Below are positions 48,560 to 57,454 of a stretch of DNA of 64,000 nt, piece by piece. Source of the DNA: a virus (lineage: Duplodnaviria > Caudoviricetes); the IMG/VR virus record IMGVR_UViG_3300048606_000166, positions 19,869 to 83,868 of that record, one strand, 5' to 3'. Numbering within the stretch: the stretch's first letter is position 1; each line of letters starts with the position of its first letter. The notes beneath the pieces are model-generated. The model worked only from the letters and a program-made list of their open reading frames with translations, was not told where the DNA came from and made no database searches. The position numbers and the translations under genes were made by a program.

Positions 48560-48808
48560 TTACGGCCCCGGCGGGGGCGTGGCGCGCCGCACGGTAGCGC
48601 TGATGGTGCTCGGCGTCGTGAAGGAAAGCGTCGGCGCTCGACCGCCGGTCGCGCCCCGCACCGCGTTGGCAGCGGCGGCGCGGTTTTGGTCGATGCTGCC
48701 GGCGTCGTCGACCATGAGCGTCGTTAGGAGCGCACTGCGGAAGACCGGCCGCCCGTCGGCGTCCTCTTCTTGCCAGGCCTCGTGCACGGTAACGCGGATT
48801 TGCGCCAT
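48560..48808 (-). CDS. Hypothetical protein
   Basis: Directly upstream of portal; TATGGT -10 lies 7 nt before ATG. Confidence 0.65.
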   Translation of the reverse strand: MAQIRVTVHEAWQEEDADGRPVFRSALLTTLMVDDAGSIDQNRAAAANAVRGATGGRAPTLSFTTPSTISATVRRATPPPGP

Positions 48809-48886
48809 GGGCCCAACCATACACCGGCCCTTCGGGCGCTCGCATCCCCCGTTGCCTTACGGGCAGAAGCCGCCCTATAAAGGGCC

Positions 48887-49462
48887 ATGCCGCCCGACAC
48901 GCCCGCCCGCGCGTGCGCGCATCCTTCCGCGCGCTCGAAGATCGAGATGTCGCAAGAACCAGGCGACGACGCTAACCGCTACACGGTCACGCTCCGGATC
49001 TCGTGTGCGGTGTGCGAAGCGCCCATGCGCTTCACGGGCCTACAGCAAGGCCACGCCCGCGGAGCAGCACGCGTCACCGCCGACGGTCTCGAGGCGCGCT
49101 TGCCGGTCGAGATCGCCGAAGAGAAGACCCTTCGCTGTCCGGACTGCGGCAAGATTCTTACCCAACCGGGGCTCGCCGACCCGAAAGTGCCTGTCACCAT
49201 CGAGTGCGGGCCCGTTCACCGGCTCGAGCTGAAAGGGACCTGGTTTCTGGTGCTACCTGACGGGTCGTGGACGCTCGACAATGAGCCGCCCAGCGAAGGC
49301 GGCGACCTCACCATCGCTCGGCAGCGCGCCGACGTGGCCGAAGGCGACGTCATCCTTCGAGAAGCCACCGACCTCGAGCAGCTCGCCGCGCTGCGCGAGC
49401 GGATGGACCCGGACGAGGCAGCGGCTCGGTTGCAAGCGGCGAGGGAGCGCGAGAAGAAATGA
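48887..49462 (+). CDS. Hypothetical protein with CxxC motifs
   Basis: CAVC, CPDC; first gene of the plus-strand insert. Confidence 0.65.
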   Translation: MPPDTPARACAHPSARSKIEMSQEPGDDANRYTVTLRISCAVCEAPMRFTGLQQGHARGAARVTADGLEARLPVEIAEEKTLRCPDCGKILTQPGLADPKVPVTIECGPVHRLELKGTWFLVLPDGSWTLDNEPPSEGGDLTIARQRADVAEGDVILREATDLEQLAALRERMDPDEAAARLQAAREREKK

Positions 49463-49773
49463 CCCGCCCGGCCGCGCTCGCCAAGGATCTGACGTCGAGC
49501 TTTGTGGCGTGGTTTTCCGCGAACAAGGGAGCAGCGCCAGGGCTCGAGGTGCACGAGATGCTCGGCCGCTGGCTGCACGCGGTCTACCCGAACCTCGCCG
49601 AGGCGCGCGCGGCCGCTCTCTGCCGCCGGGCGACGCTGAAGAGCGCCATCTTTCCGACGGATGACGGCACCTGGAAACTCGCTGGAAGTAATACAGAGGA
49701 AGTCGCCGTCGACTTCAAGGCGCTCGCGAAGAGCCTCTTGCGCCTGCCGAAAGGAACGCTCGCGAAAAACTGA
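49459..49773 (+). CDS. Hypothetical protein
   Basis: ATGA-coupled. Confidence 0.7.
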   Translation: MTRPAALAKDLTSSFVAWFSANKGAAPGLEVHEMLGRWLHAVYPNLAEARAAALCRRATLKSAIFPTDDGTWKLAGSNTEEVAVDFKALAKSLLRLPKGTLAKN

Positions 49774-49784
49774 CGACTTGATAC

Positions 49785-49822
49785 GATTCTCCCTTGTGCA
49801 TTGGAACACGATGCCGTAGGGT
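49785..49822 (+). promoter_or_regulatory. Repeated early-type promoter/operator, copy 1
   Basis: GATTCTCCC-TTGTGC-ATTGG...CCG-TAGGGT, 17-bp spacer; ATG 6 nt downstream. Confidence 0.8.
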
Positions 49823-49828
49823 ATGGGT

Positions 49829-50425
49829 ATGAACTACGAACAAGCCCCCGCCACCAAACTCCTCGCCACCCACTGCGCCGTCTGCGGGCGCCCCCTGGTC
49901 GACGCCCGCTCGGTAGAGCTCGGCATCGGTCCCGACTGCCGCAAGAAGCACGGCTACAACGAAGCCGACGGCCCCTGCGATTGGCCCGCCGTGCTCGACA
50001 CCCTCGGTAATTCCGACCTCGCCCCGCTCTTCATCGACGACAAGGCCGACGAATCGCGCCGCCTCGCGAACCTCGTCGTTCACCACATCGCCGCCGCGCC
50101 GACCTCGGCCGGCATCCCGAACCTCATCAACGCCCTTCGCGCCCTCGGGTTTCAGAAGCTCTCGAACCGCATCGCCGAGCGCCTCTGCATCGTCAAGATC
50201 GAAGTGACCCGCGACTACATCAGCGTCGTGACGCCCTACTCGGAGCGCGCCGTCGAATGCATGCGCCTCGTGCCCGGCCGCCGCTGGGACCGAGACAGCA
50301 AGTCGAGCCTCGTTCCCGTCGCCGCCAAGCCCGAGCTCTGGCGCGCGCTGCAGCTCGCCTTCCCGGGTGAGCGCGGCATCGGCCCCGACGGCATCTTCAC
50401 CATTCCCGGTCGCAAGGCGTCATGA
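49829..50425 (+). CDS. DUF6011-like Zn-binding domain plus HARP-like domain
   Basis: CAVCGRPLVDARSVELGIGPDC; VTPYSERAVECMRLVPGRRWD. Confidence 0.7.
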   Translation: MNYEQAPATKLLATHCAVCGRPLVDARSVELGIGPDCRKKHGYNEADGPCDWPAVLDTLGNSDLAPLFIDDKADESRRLANLVVHHIAAAPTSAGIPNLINALRALGFQKLSNRIAERLCIVKIEVTRDYISVVTPYSERAVECMRLVPGRRWDRDSKSSLVPVAAKPELWRALQLAFPGERGIGPDGIFTIPGRKAS

Positions 50426-50426
50426 C

Positions 50427-50864
50427 ATGAGCGCAATCGAAGTGATGACGCGTACCGAGTGGATCGCACTCGGTGCGCGGCTGTATGGCGAGAGCTCGCA
50501 CCTATGGGAATTTCGATGCCCGGCCTGCGGCCACGTCCAATCGGGCGCGTCGGTGAAGGCCAGGAGCCCCGACGTGAAGGACCTGTCGGACTGGATTTGG
50601 TGCGACTGTGAGGGCCGCTACACCCCCGGTGTCGGTTGCGACTGGTCGCTCTTCGGCCTTTTCACCATCCACAAGCGGGAAGTCGTCGACGACCGCGGCG
50701 GCCTCGACGGTAAGCGCCGCGAGCTCCTCTCGGCTCTCTACGCGCGGGAGTTCGCTCTCACGTTCCCCGACGAACGCGGGGTCAACATCATCAGCCTGCG
50801 CGAGCGCGCGAGCTATCACGGCGGCCTGCCCGTCTTTCTCTTCGCCGCGGAGCCGACCGAATGA
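50427..50864 (+). CDS. VVA0879-like phage protein
   Basis: EW...G..LYG...WEFRCPACGHVQS...CDWSLFGLF. Confidence 0.65.
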   Translation: MSAIEVMTRTEWIALGARLYGESSHLWEFRCPACGHVQSGASVKARSPDVKDLSDWIWCDCEGRYTPGVGCDWSLFGLFTIHKREVVDDRGGLDGKRRELLSALYAREFALTFPDERGVNIISLRERASYHGGLPVFLFAAEPTE

Positions 50865-51088
50865 AGCGCGGCCTCTTCATTGGCGAGGGAACACTGCGCG
50901 ACCAACGGGCGGTCGCCATGCTGGTCGCGGCCGCCGAGTCACTGCAGACGCCGTCGACGGAGCGCCGCGCGGCCGCGATTCTCTTCACCGCCCGCGCCCT
51001 CATGCTTATCGCCGAGGGAGATACCGACGCGAGGGCCCGGGCCCTCGCCGAGCGCGTCGTGCTCGATTTACGAAAGGCTGCATCATGA
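50861..51088 (+). CDS. Hypothetical protein
   Basis: ATGA-coupled chain. Confidence 0.65.
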   Translation: MKRGLFIGEGTLRDQRAVAMLVAAAESLQTPSTERRAAAILFTARALMLIAEGDTDARARALAERVVLDLRKAAS

Positions 51089-51411
51089 GACGTTCCCTCA
51101 TGCGGGAAATCATCGACCGCGTCGATCGGGGCGATCTCCGACCGCACGTGAACCACGCCGCGAGCAACCTCGCCGCCGAGCTCGAGCATCGCGTGCGCGA
51201 TCTGGTCGTCGACTTCATCAAGGAGCACGAGTCGCAGATGGAGCAGTCGACCGTCTGCCAAGCCCTGCTCGGGGCGGCTGCCGTGCAAGTGATGCTCCTC
51301 TTCGAGATGGGCCCCGACGACTTCGCCGAGCTCGCGCGCGCGACGGCGCGGCTATCGATCCCCGAGGTCGAAGCGCTGCGCGCCCGCATCGATCGGACTG
51401 GCATCGCATGA
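51085..51411 (+). CDS. Hypothetical protein
   Basis: ATGA-coupled chain. Confidence 0.7.
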   Translation: MRRSLMREIIDRVDRGDLRPHVNHAASNLAAELEHRVRDLVVDFIKEHESQMEQSTVCQALLGAAAVQVMLLFEMGPDDFAELARATARLSIPEVEALRARIDRTGIA

Positions 51412-51662
51412 AGCTCTACCGGATGGCCAACGCCGCGATCGGCGCTCTGAAAGAGCGCAGCTGGGCGATCGTGCGCGGCGACGCCAACGTCCCGATCCCC
51501 GTCGACCTTTTTGCCGCGCTCTGCGGCGCTTGGGGAAAGTCGCACCGGCGATGCAAGGCGCCACGCCCCTTGGCTGGCAAGGCCCACCGCCCACTTCTTC
51601 GTCCACTGATCGCCGAATCGCGACGCAGGCGCAAGGAGACGACCCCCCGTCGTGTTCCCTGA
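51408..51662 (+). CDS. Hypothetical basic protein
   Basis: ATGA-coupled chain. Confidence 0.5.
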   Translation: MKLYRMANAAIGALKERSWAIVRGDANVPIPVDLFAALCGAWGKSHRRCKAPRPLAGKAHRPLLRPLIAESRRRRKETTPRRVP

Positions 51663-51854
51663 CCGCTCGGCTTTGCTAGAGTGCCCCTCGGCCCGCTCGC
51701 GCATGATGTGCATCTCGGTTGCCCTCACGGGTACCGACACGGGAGATCCTGCACTCCGACACGTTTCGTAGCGGCATGAAACAAAGCGGGCGGGCCACCT
51801 CTAAACCCCGGGCGAGAGCCCGGCCCGCCAGTCGGTGTGCGCTTTTGTCGCTTT

Positions 51855-51888
51855 CCCCCTTGTGCATTGGGTAATTGCGCCGTAGGCT
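51855..51888 (+). promoter_or_regulatory. Repeated early-type promoter/operator, copy 2
   Basis: CCC-TTGTGC-ATTGG...CCG-TAGGCT, 17-bp spacer. Confidence 0.78.
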
Positions 51889-51981
51889 AGAGGGTATGTG
51901 AAGCGAAACGCGACCGAGATTGGCGCGCCCCTCCGCCGTTTTACTCGACGACCATGAACCTACATAAGGACCACTCCGCCC

Positions 51982-52572
51982 ATGCGCACCCCGAATAAGC
52001 CGCGGCTCTCGAAGCTGAGAGACGACGAAGTAGCTACCCCCGCCTACGAGATGGCTCTCGAGAAAGCTGCCGCCGTCGCCGGCCTTTTGCAGGTCAAGCT
52101 GCCGGCGCCGAACCAAGCGCGCTTTCGGACCGAATGCGCCGCCCTGCTCCACTGGGCGCGCACGGGCGAGAACCCGAATGGCAATATGCCCAAGAATTTT
52201 CTGAAGCTTTTGCTCGTCGTGCTCTACGACGGCAAGGTGCCCGACGCGTCGCTCAACACCGTCGACAAGGAAACCCCGCTGCGCATCGTGCTCGCGGCCG
52301 GCATGGGCCGCATGCATCTCGAGGCGCGCGAACCGGTGCCGACCGTACAGCTCGCCGCCCTCGGTAACATCGACCGCGGCCACCTATCGCACCTCATTCG
52401 CCTGGGTGAGCTCCGGCGCACGCAAGCCGCGATCAAGAGCGGCCGCGCCATCGACGCGCCGATCGTGCCGAGCGACGCGCGAAGATGGCTCGGCTGGGAC
52501 AAGCCCGAGACCATGAGCACGCCGGTCGAGCCGAAGGCCGCGCCCGAGAAGAAGAAAGCGCGTACCGGCTAG
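51982..52572 (+). CDS. Putative DNA-binding protein with C-terminal HTH-like segment
   Basis: TVQLAALGNIDRGHLSHLIRLGEL resembles an excisionase-type HTH. Confidence 0.5.
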   Translation: MRTPNKPRLSKLRDDEVATPAYEMALEKAAAVAGLLQVKLPAPNQARFRTECAALLHWARTGENPNGNMPKNFLKLLLVVLYDGKVPDASLNTVDKETPLRIVLAAGMGRMHLEAREPVPTVQLAALGNIDRGHLSHLIRLGELRRTQAAIKSGRAIDAPIVPSDARRWLGWDKPETMSTPVEPKAAPEKKKARTG

Positions 52573-52634
52573 AGCACCCCCCGCGCGATGCCGCGGCAGG
52601 TAGCGGGCGTTACCATCCGAAGAGGGGGCCTCGG

Positions 52635-52910
52635 ATGCAACAGCAACGCGAACGCGATCTGTCGGTCGTCATCCTGCGGATGCTCGACCTCATACCGGCG
52701 AGCGAATCGGAGCTGCGCGACGAGCTCGAAGAGCTCTACGGGTCGGCGTGCTACGTCGAGGAAAAGCAGAAGGGCGCCGTAACGCCACCGCCCGACATGC
52801 AAGGCATGTGGACGCTCTGCGCCGGAAGTCTCGAAACGCACTTGTCGGGTAAGAAGCCGGAGCCTTGGATGGCAGTGGTCTCGGCCATCTTCAACGGGCG
52901 GTCGCGATGA
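52635..52910 (+). CDS. Hypothetical protein
   Basis: GAGGGGG SD. Confidence 0.65.
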   Translation: MQQQRERDLSVVILRMLDLIPASESELRDELEELYGSACYVEEKQKGAVTPPPDMQGMWTLCAGSLETHLSGKKPEPWMAVVSAIFNGRSR

Positions 52911-53227
52911 GCCCCGGCCGCTACTCGAGGCGCATGAAGCCCCTCAGTGTGAACGGCTACGACATCCGCGCCGGCGGCGGCGTGCGCACCCGCCGCGCCC
53001 CCTGCATCGCCGTGCCGAAGGGCGAGCGTGCCTACCGGACCGATTGCCCGAGCTGCAAGGCGCCGCTCGTCGTCATGAGCCAGATCATGCCCGATATCCC
53101 CTCGCCCGCGCCGCCGGCCAAGGGCGACGCCATCCGATGCGACCACTGCGGCAAATACTGCGTCGTCAATGGCTTCGGACTCGAGAACCGCATCGCTGTC
53201 ATCGCCGTCGAGATCCCGACCGCATGA
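52907..53227 (+). CDS. Zn-ribbon hypothetical protein
   Basis: CPSC and CDHC. Confidence 0.65.
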   Translation: MSPGRYSRRMKPLSVNGYDIRAGGGVRTRRAPCIAVPKGERAYRTDCPSCKAPLVVMSQIMPDIPSPAPPAKGDAIRCDHCGKYCVVNGFGLENRIAVIAVEIPTA

Positions 53228-53511
53228 AGGCGTTCGTTTACATCAAGGGCCAGAAGCTGCTGCGCGCCGTCGACTGGTTCGCCCACGAGGCCTGGGCGGT
53301 CGACGGGGGTAAGCCCTTTCTCGCGCGCCGGTTCACCTTCGGCTCGGGCAAGCAGCGGATGTTCCCCGGGCAAGAGGTCGACTTCGTCGTGGCGATCAAA
53401 GAGGATGCCGTCGCCGTCTACGTCGACATGAAGCTCTTCGTGCCGGGCGTCGGGCTGCACACCGAGACGGTCGAGGCCATCGCGAAGCTGCTCGACACGG
53501 GGCTCGCGTAA
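53224..53511 (+). CDS. Hypothetical protein
   Basis: ATGA-coupled. Confidence 0.7.
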   Translation: MKAFVYIKGQKLLRAVDWFAHEAWAVDGGKPFLARRFTFGSGKQRMFPGQEVDFVVAIKEDAVAVYVDMKLFVPGVGLHTETVEAIAKLLDTGLA

Positions 53512-53515
53512 CGCC

Positions 53516-53743
53516 ATGCGGCGCAAAAGCCGCCGCTTGCTGGTCCGGCGCCAGCCGTACCTGACCCTTTGCCCGGCGTGTAACCACCGCGCCTACGACG
53601 CGGGCAAGAAAGCCGAGACCGAGGGGGTGGAGCTTTGCCCGAAGTGCGTGCAATCTCTCGACGGCTACCTCGCGTCGAAGGCGGCCTTCGACCGAAGGCG
53701 CGCGCGCAACCAGCGCAAGGCCGAGAGGAGGGTGCGCGCATGA
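53516..53743 (+). CDS. Zn-binding basic hypothetical protein
   Basis: CPAC and CPKC. Confidence 0.65.
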   Translation: MRRKSRRLLVRRQPYLTLCPACNHRAYDAGKKAETEGVELCPKCVQSLDGYLASKAAFDRRRARNQRKAERRVRA

Positions 53744-54231
53744 GCGAGCGACTGTGCAACGAATGCGGCAATGCATGGGGCCCTGGACATTCGTGCTGGA
53801 GCGAGCCTCAGCAAGGAGCGCCGATGGTCGTCGAGCGACGGTGTCCAAGGCATCCGCAGTACATCGTCAATATCGCAACGTGCCCTGAGTGCGTCGCCGA
53901 TGCAGCGCGTGCTCCATCGTGCGACTCGCCGCATTTAATCAACGGTGAATTCCAGTCCGACAAGTACCCCACGACCCCTCGAGGCAAGGTGCCGCTCAGC
54001 GTGAAGGACGCCACGGCACAGGACCTCTTGTGGGAGTACGCGCAGCGCCGGCGGGCGGTCGATGCCCAGTTTGCGGCCGATTTGGAGACGGCGCTGCGGA
54101 ATGCTGGCTTCGTACCCTCGGCTCCATGTGATTCTGCGCTGCGCGCGAAGCTAACCGCCTACCAGGAAACCGATCGTGGCGCTTGCCAGGTCGCCGAGGC
54201 CGAGCAACGGCGCCCCCTGCCCTCTCGGTGA
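53740..54231 (+). CDS. Hypothetical protein
   Basis: ATGA-coupled; GEFQSDKYPTTPRGKVPLSVKD core. Confidence 0.65.
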   Translation: MSERLCNECGNAWGPGHSCWSEPQQGAPMVVERRCPRHPQYIVNIATCPECVADAARAPSCDSPHLINGEFQSDKYPTTPRGKVPLSVKDATAQDLLWEYAQRRRAVDAQFAADLETALRNAGFVPSAPCDSALRAKLTAYQETDRGACQVAEAEQRRPLPSR

Positions 54232-54401
54232 GCGAGGTGCGTCGCCTCACCCTCATTCCCAAGCACGACCGCGAGAAAGAGCGCCTCGCCGCCGACCGCG
54301 AGCGCCAAGCGCTCGTCGGTTACGTCGACCAGAAGGAATTCGAAGCCGGCGCCGAGCAGTCGGTCTGGCGCACGCTGCTCGATTTGTTGATGTTGCGGTG
54401 A
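54228..54401 (+). CDS. Small hypothetical protein
   Basis: GTGA-coupled. Confidence 0.55.
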   Translation: MSEVRRLTLIPKHDREKERLAADRERQALVGYVDQKEFEAGAEQSVWRTLLDLLMLR

Positions 54402-54414
54402 GGGGAGAAGGCCA

Positions 54415-54648
54415 ATGCTCGAATGGTTAGCGCCGAAGAAGCGCGTGCGAGTCCGCGAAGCCCACAACCTGCGCGGCGAAGTCGTCGACTTCGCCGACGA
54501 TGGCAATATCGCCAAGGTGCGGTTTGACTACCACTACGGGGTGCACCCGTACCACGTCGAGGAGCTCGAGCCGGAGGCAGGCCAGCCGGAGTCGAGCCCG
54601 TGCACCTGCGTCTTCTGCCGCCACAAGTCGGGCATACCTAGGCCATAA
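54415..54648 (+). CDS. Small SH3/KOW-like hypothetical protein
   Basis: RVRVRE...GEVVDF...KVRFD...LEP. Confidence 0.6.
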   Translation: MLEWLAPKKRVRVREAHNLRGEVVDFADDGNIAKVRFDYHYGVHPYHVEELEPEAGQPESSPCTCVFCRHKSGIPRP

Positions 54649-54686
54649 ACCTCAGTTATTCTTCATATATATCACCATTATATAAT

Positions 54687-56099
54687 TCACTCGTCGCCGG
54701 TGTAGACGCTCACGCTCGCGCCCGCGAGCTTGTAGAAAGCCTCGATGGCGTGCACCTGCCGCATCGCCCCCGACCAGCCGTCGATCTGGTCGTCGTGGCC
54801 CTCGGGAAAATCCTGCGCCTCGATGAGAAAGTCCTCATTCCAGGGGCCGCGGATGAGCTTCACGTTCTGGGCCTCGGCCTGCACCGAGCAGACGCGCGCG
54901 CGCGTCACCTTGTCGCCCTGCGGCGGGATCGCCTGCAGGCCGAAGGCGGCGAACTCGGTCGTGTAGTACTCGGCCTCGAACTTGCCGGCCTGCGCCGGGT
55001 CGTGCTCGATGAAGAGACTCACCGTGTAGGGCGAGACCGTGCCGTAGCGCTCGAGGTCCAGGATCGCCGTCTGCCGGATGGTCTGCTCAACCTCGCGCGG
55101 CCGCCCCTGAAACCTGACGATGTCCTCGATGAAGTAGAGCCCCTCGCGCGTTTTCGAGAGCAGCACCCCGGCCGTCCAGTCGGAGGTCTTCTTTTTGGTC
55201 GCGGCCCGGTCCCAGTAGCGCACACGAGCGACGACGTCGGCGGGCCTCGTGTCGCGGATCTCGAACCACGACCGCTGAAAGAGCGCGCCGGCGCCGACGC
55301 GCACGAGCCAATTGCCGTGCTTCAGCTGCTCGCGCTCGACCCGGTCGAGAAGATCGAGGTTGTCCTCGTAGTCGGTGCCCGCGTAGTAGGGGTTGTCTTT
55401 GACGCTCGCCGGGATGAACGTTCGCGACCGCGAGCCCCGGTCTTCCTTGTCGCAATATTCCTCGCCCTCGCCGCCCGGCTTTTTGCGGAAGTAGAGAAGC
55501 TCGCCCGGTAGCGCGCGCTGCCCCTGGTACTTGTCGTAATCGGGCGGGTAGAGCCACGGGGCGAAGCGCTCGAGCACCCAGTCGTGCCCCTCGCTGCCCG
55601 GGTTGGTCGTCCCGCGAAGCCGCCGCGGCACCCCTCGCGCCGACCGAAGGCGCGAGATCATGTAGACGTATTGGTAGCGCGTGAACTGGGTCAGCTCGTC
55701 GAAGCCGACAAACTGAAAGCTCGGGCCCTGGTACTTGCGAACGTCGCGATCGCGGTCGAGCGCTGCCAGCCACACCTTCGCGCCTGTCGGCCACGTCCAG
55801 GCCCGGTCGCTCGCGTTGTAGGTCGCGCCGCTCTGGGGGTAGAGCTCGAGCGACCGATCGATGAGCGACTTTTTGAGGTCGGGATAGGTCCGCCGAAAGA
55901 TGATGCCGCGGTAGCTCGGAAAGTGAATGAAGCGCACCGCCTTCGCGAGAAGCCCGTCGCTCTTACCGCCCCCTGCGGCGCCGCCATATAAGACCTCGAA
56001 GGCGCCGCTACGTAGAAACCTGGTCTGCGGGCCCTCGATCGGCCGCCACGTGCCCGAGCGCTGAGCGTCCTCGGCGTGCTCCTCGGCGACGGCGGCCAT
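54687..56099 (-). CDS. terL: Terminase large subunit
   Basis: YGGAAGGGKS Walker A, FVGFDELTQF Walker B, GTTNPG, RYWDRAAT, HDDQIDG. Confidence 0.96.
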   Translation of the reverse strand: MAAVAEEHAEDAQRSGTWRPIEGPQTRFLRSGAFEVLYGGAAGGGKSDGLLAKAVRFIHFPSYRGIIFRRTYPDLKKSLIDRSLELYPQSGATYNASDRAWTWPTGAKVWLAALDRDRDVRKYQGPSFQFVGFDELTQFTRYQYVYMISRLRSARGVPRRLRGTTNPGSEGHDWVLERFAPWLYPPDYDKYQGQRALPGELLYFRKKPGGEGEEYCDKEDRGSRSRTFIPASVKDNPYYAGTDYEDNLDLLDRVEREQLKHGNWLVRVGAGALFQRSWFEIRDTRPADVVARVRYWDRAATKKKTSDWTAGVLLSKTREGLYFIEDIVRFQGRPREVEQTIRQTAILDLERYGTVSPYTVSLFIEHDPAQAGKFEAEYYTTEFAAFGLQAIPPQGDKVTRARVCSVQAEAQNVKLIRGPWNEDFLIEAQDFPEGHDDQIDGWSGAMRQVHAIEAFYKLAGASVSVYTGDE

Positions 56100-56582
56100 T
56101 CATCCCTGATGGTCATGGTCGTCGCCGTCCGCTGGCGCTGGCGCTGGCGCGAGCGGCTTCACCCGGCGTGTCGGCGCCTCGGCATCCGGCTGCTCTTCGG
56201 GCAAGAAGAACGCGATCGGCAAGGGGGCGTTGCCGGACGTGCCGAGCTCGAGCTTGTCGCCGAAGCCGCGATCGCGGGCGAAGGTGCGCAGGCCGTGAAT
56301 GATGAACGGCCCGAAAGCGCGGTGACCTTTCTCCGGATCGGACACGACCTCCCAGAACTGGGAAACGAGAACGTCCTTCAGGTCCTCGTGCACCTCGTCG
56401 ACGATCTTCTGCAGCTTCTTCGATCGGCGCACGTAGCCGCGCACCGTATTCGGCGAGCAGCCGAGAACGTCCGCCGCCGCGGAATGGATGCCCATCTTCA
56501 GGCGCAGCGCCTCGCCCACCTGGTCGATGGTGAAACGCTGGCGCCGCCCCGGAGCGCTCGACTTGTCCCCCTTTTTCGGCAT
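56100..56582 (-). CDS. terS: Terminase small subunit (N-terminal HTH)
   Basis: Abuts terL; SAAADVLGCSPNTVRGYV HTH. Confidence 0.8.
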   Translation of the reverse strand: MPKKGDKSSAPGRRQRFTIDQVGEALRLKMGIHSAAADVLGCSPNTVRGYVRRSKKLQKIVDEVHEDLKDVLVSQFWEVVSDPEKGHRAFGPFIIHGLRTFARDRGFGDKLELGTSGNAPLPIAFFLPEEQPDAEAPTRRVKPLAPAPAPADGDDHDHQG

Positions 56583-57454
56583 CAGCCACCTTTAGGCTCG
56601 ATCGATCGCTCGTCGTACACTACGGCCGTCGGCCCCACTTCGCCCCCCTCGAGCTCGGTCTCGTCGCCGAGGCGCTCGCGCGAGGACATGCCGAGCAGCG
56701 CATCCTCGTGCTCGGCCTCGTCCCCGGCGTCGAGGGCGGCGTGCTTTGGTGCTTCGGCCGTTTCGATCTGGGCGAGGCGCTCGAGCGCCAGCTCGGCGAG
56801 GGCACGGAAAGCGATGGCCGAATTGGTCACCCCCTTCAGCTTCTTCACTTTGACCACCGCGTCAAAGACGACATCAAACGACGAGAGCGACGCAAGCCAG
56901 AGGGGCACGCTCTTTTTGATCTTGTGCTCGAGCGTCTCGAGCGCGGCTTGGAAGACCTCGAGCTGCTCGGGCAGAAAGAGCAGGACGAGCTCCTGGTAGC
57001 GCGGGTTGCCGACCGCGAAGTTCTTCAGGGAAAGCTCGCGCAGCTTATGCACACGCTCGTCGGTAAGACCGCTGTACCGCTTCCAGTTGAAACCGAGCTT
57101 GCCGTAGAGGCGCGCGAGGACGCCCGGATCGTCTTCGCCGCTGAGCTCATTGTGAGAAAGCTGCAGCGCGCGAAGCCGCTCTTCGGTCACGTGCCCGACG
57201 AGCTCGAGCACCGGCGCCTCTTCGATGCCGGCGGCGAGGGCGGCCTTCACCCGATGGTTGCCCGAGTAGACCGTGTCGCGGTAGACGAGCGGCACCGATG
57301 TCAGGACCGTGTCGGCCTTGAGGTTCTCGGTGAGCTGCCGAAATTGCGAGTTGCGCATGAAGCGCGCGTTCTCTTCCTCAGGCAGAAGCACGAGGTCGGC
57401 TAGCTTGCGAACGACGAGCTGCGTTTTCAGAGGCGTTGTTGCGGAACCACTCAT
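56582..57454 (-). CDS. ParB/Srx-like domain protein
   Basis: ENARFM...QLTENLK...PLV...VYSGNHRVKAA; LQLSHNELSGEDD. Confidence 0.82.
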   Translation of the reverse strand: MSGSATTPLKTQLVVRKLADLVLLPEEENARFMRNSQFRQLTENLKADTVLTSVPLVYRDTVYSGNHRVKAALAAGIEEAPVLELVGHVTEERLRALQLSHNELSGEDDPGVLARLYGKLGFNWKRYSGLTDERVHKLRELSLKNFAVGNPRYQELVLLFLPEQLEVFQAALETLEHKIKKSVPLWLASLSSFDVVFDAVVKVKKLKGVTNSAIAFRALAELALERLAQIETAEAPKHAALDAGDEAEHEDALLGMSSRERLGDETELEGGEVGPTAVVYDERSIEPKGG

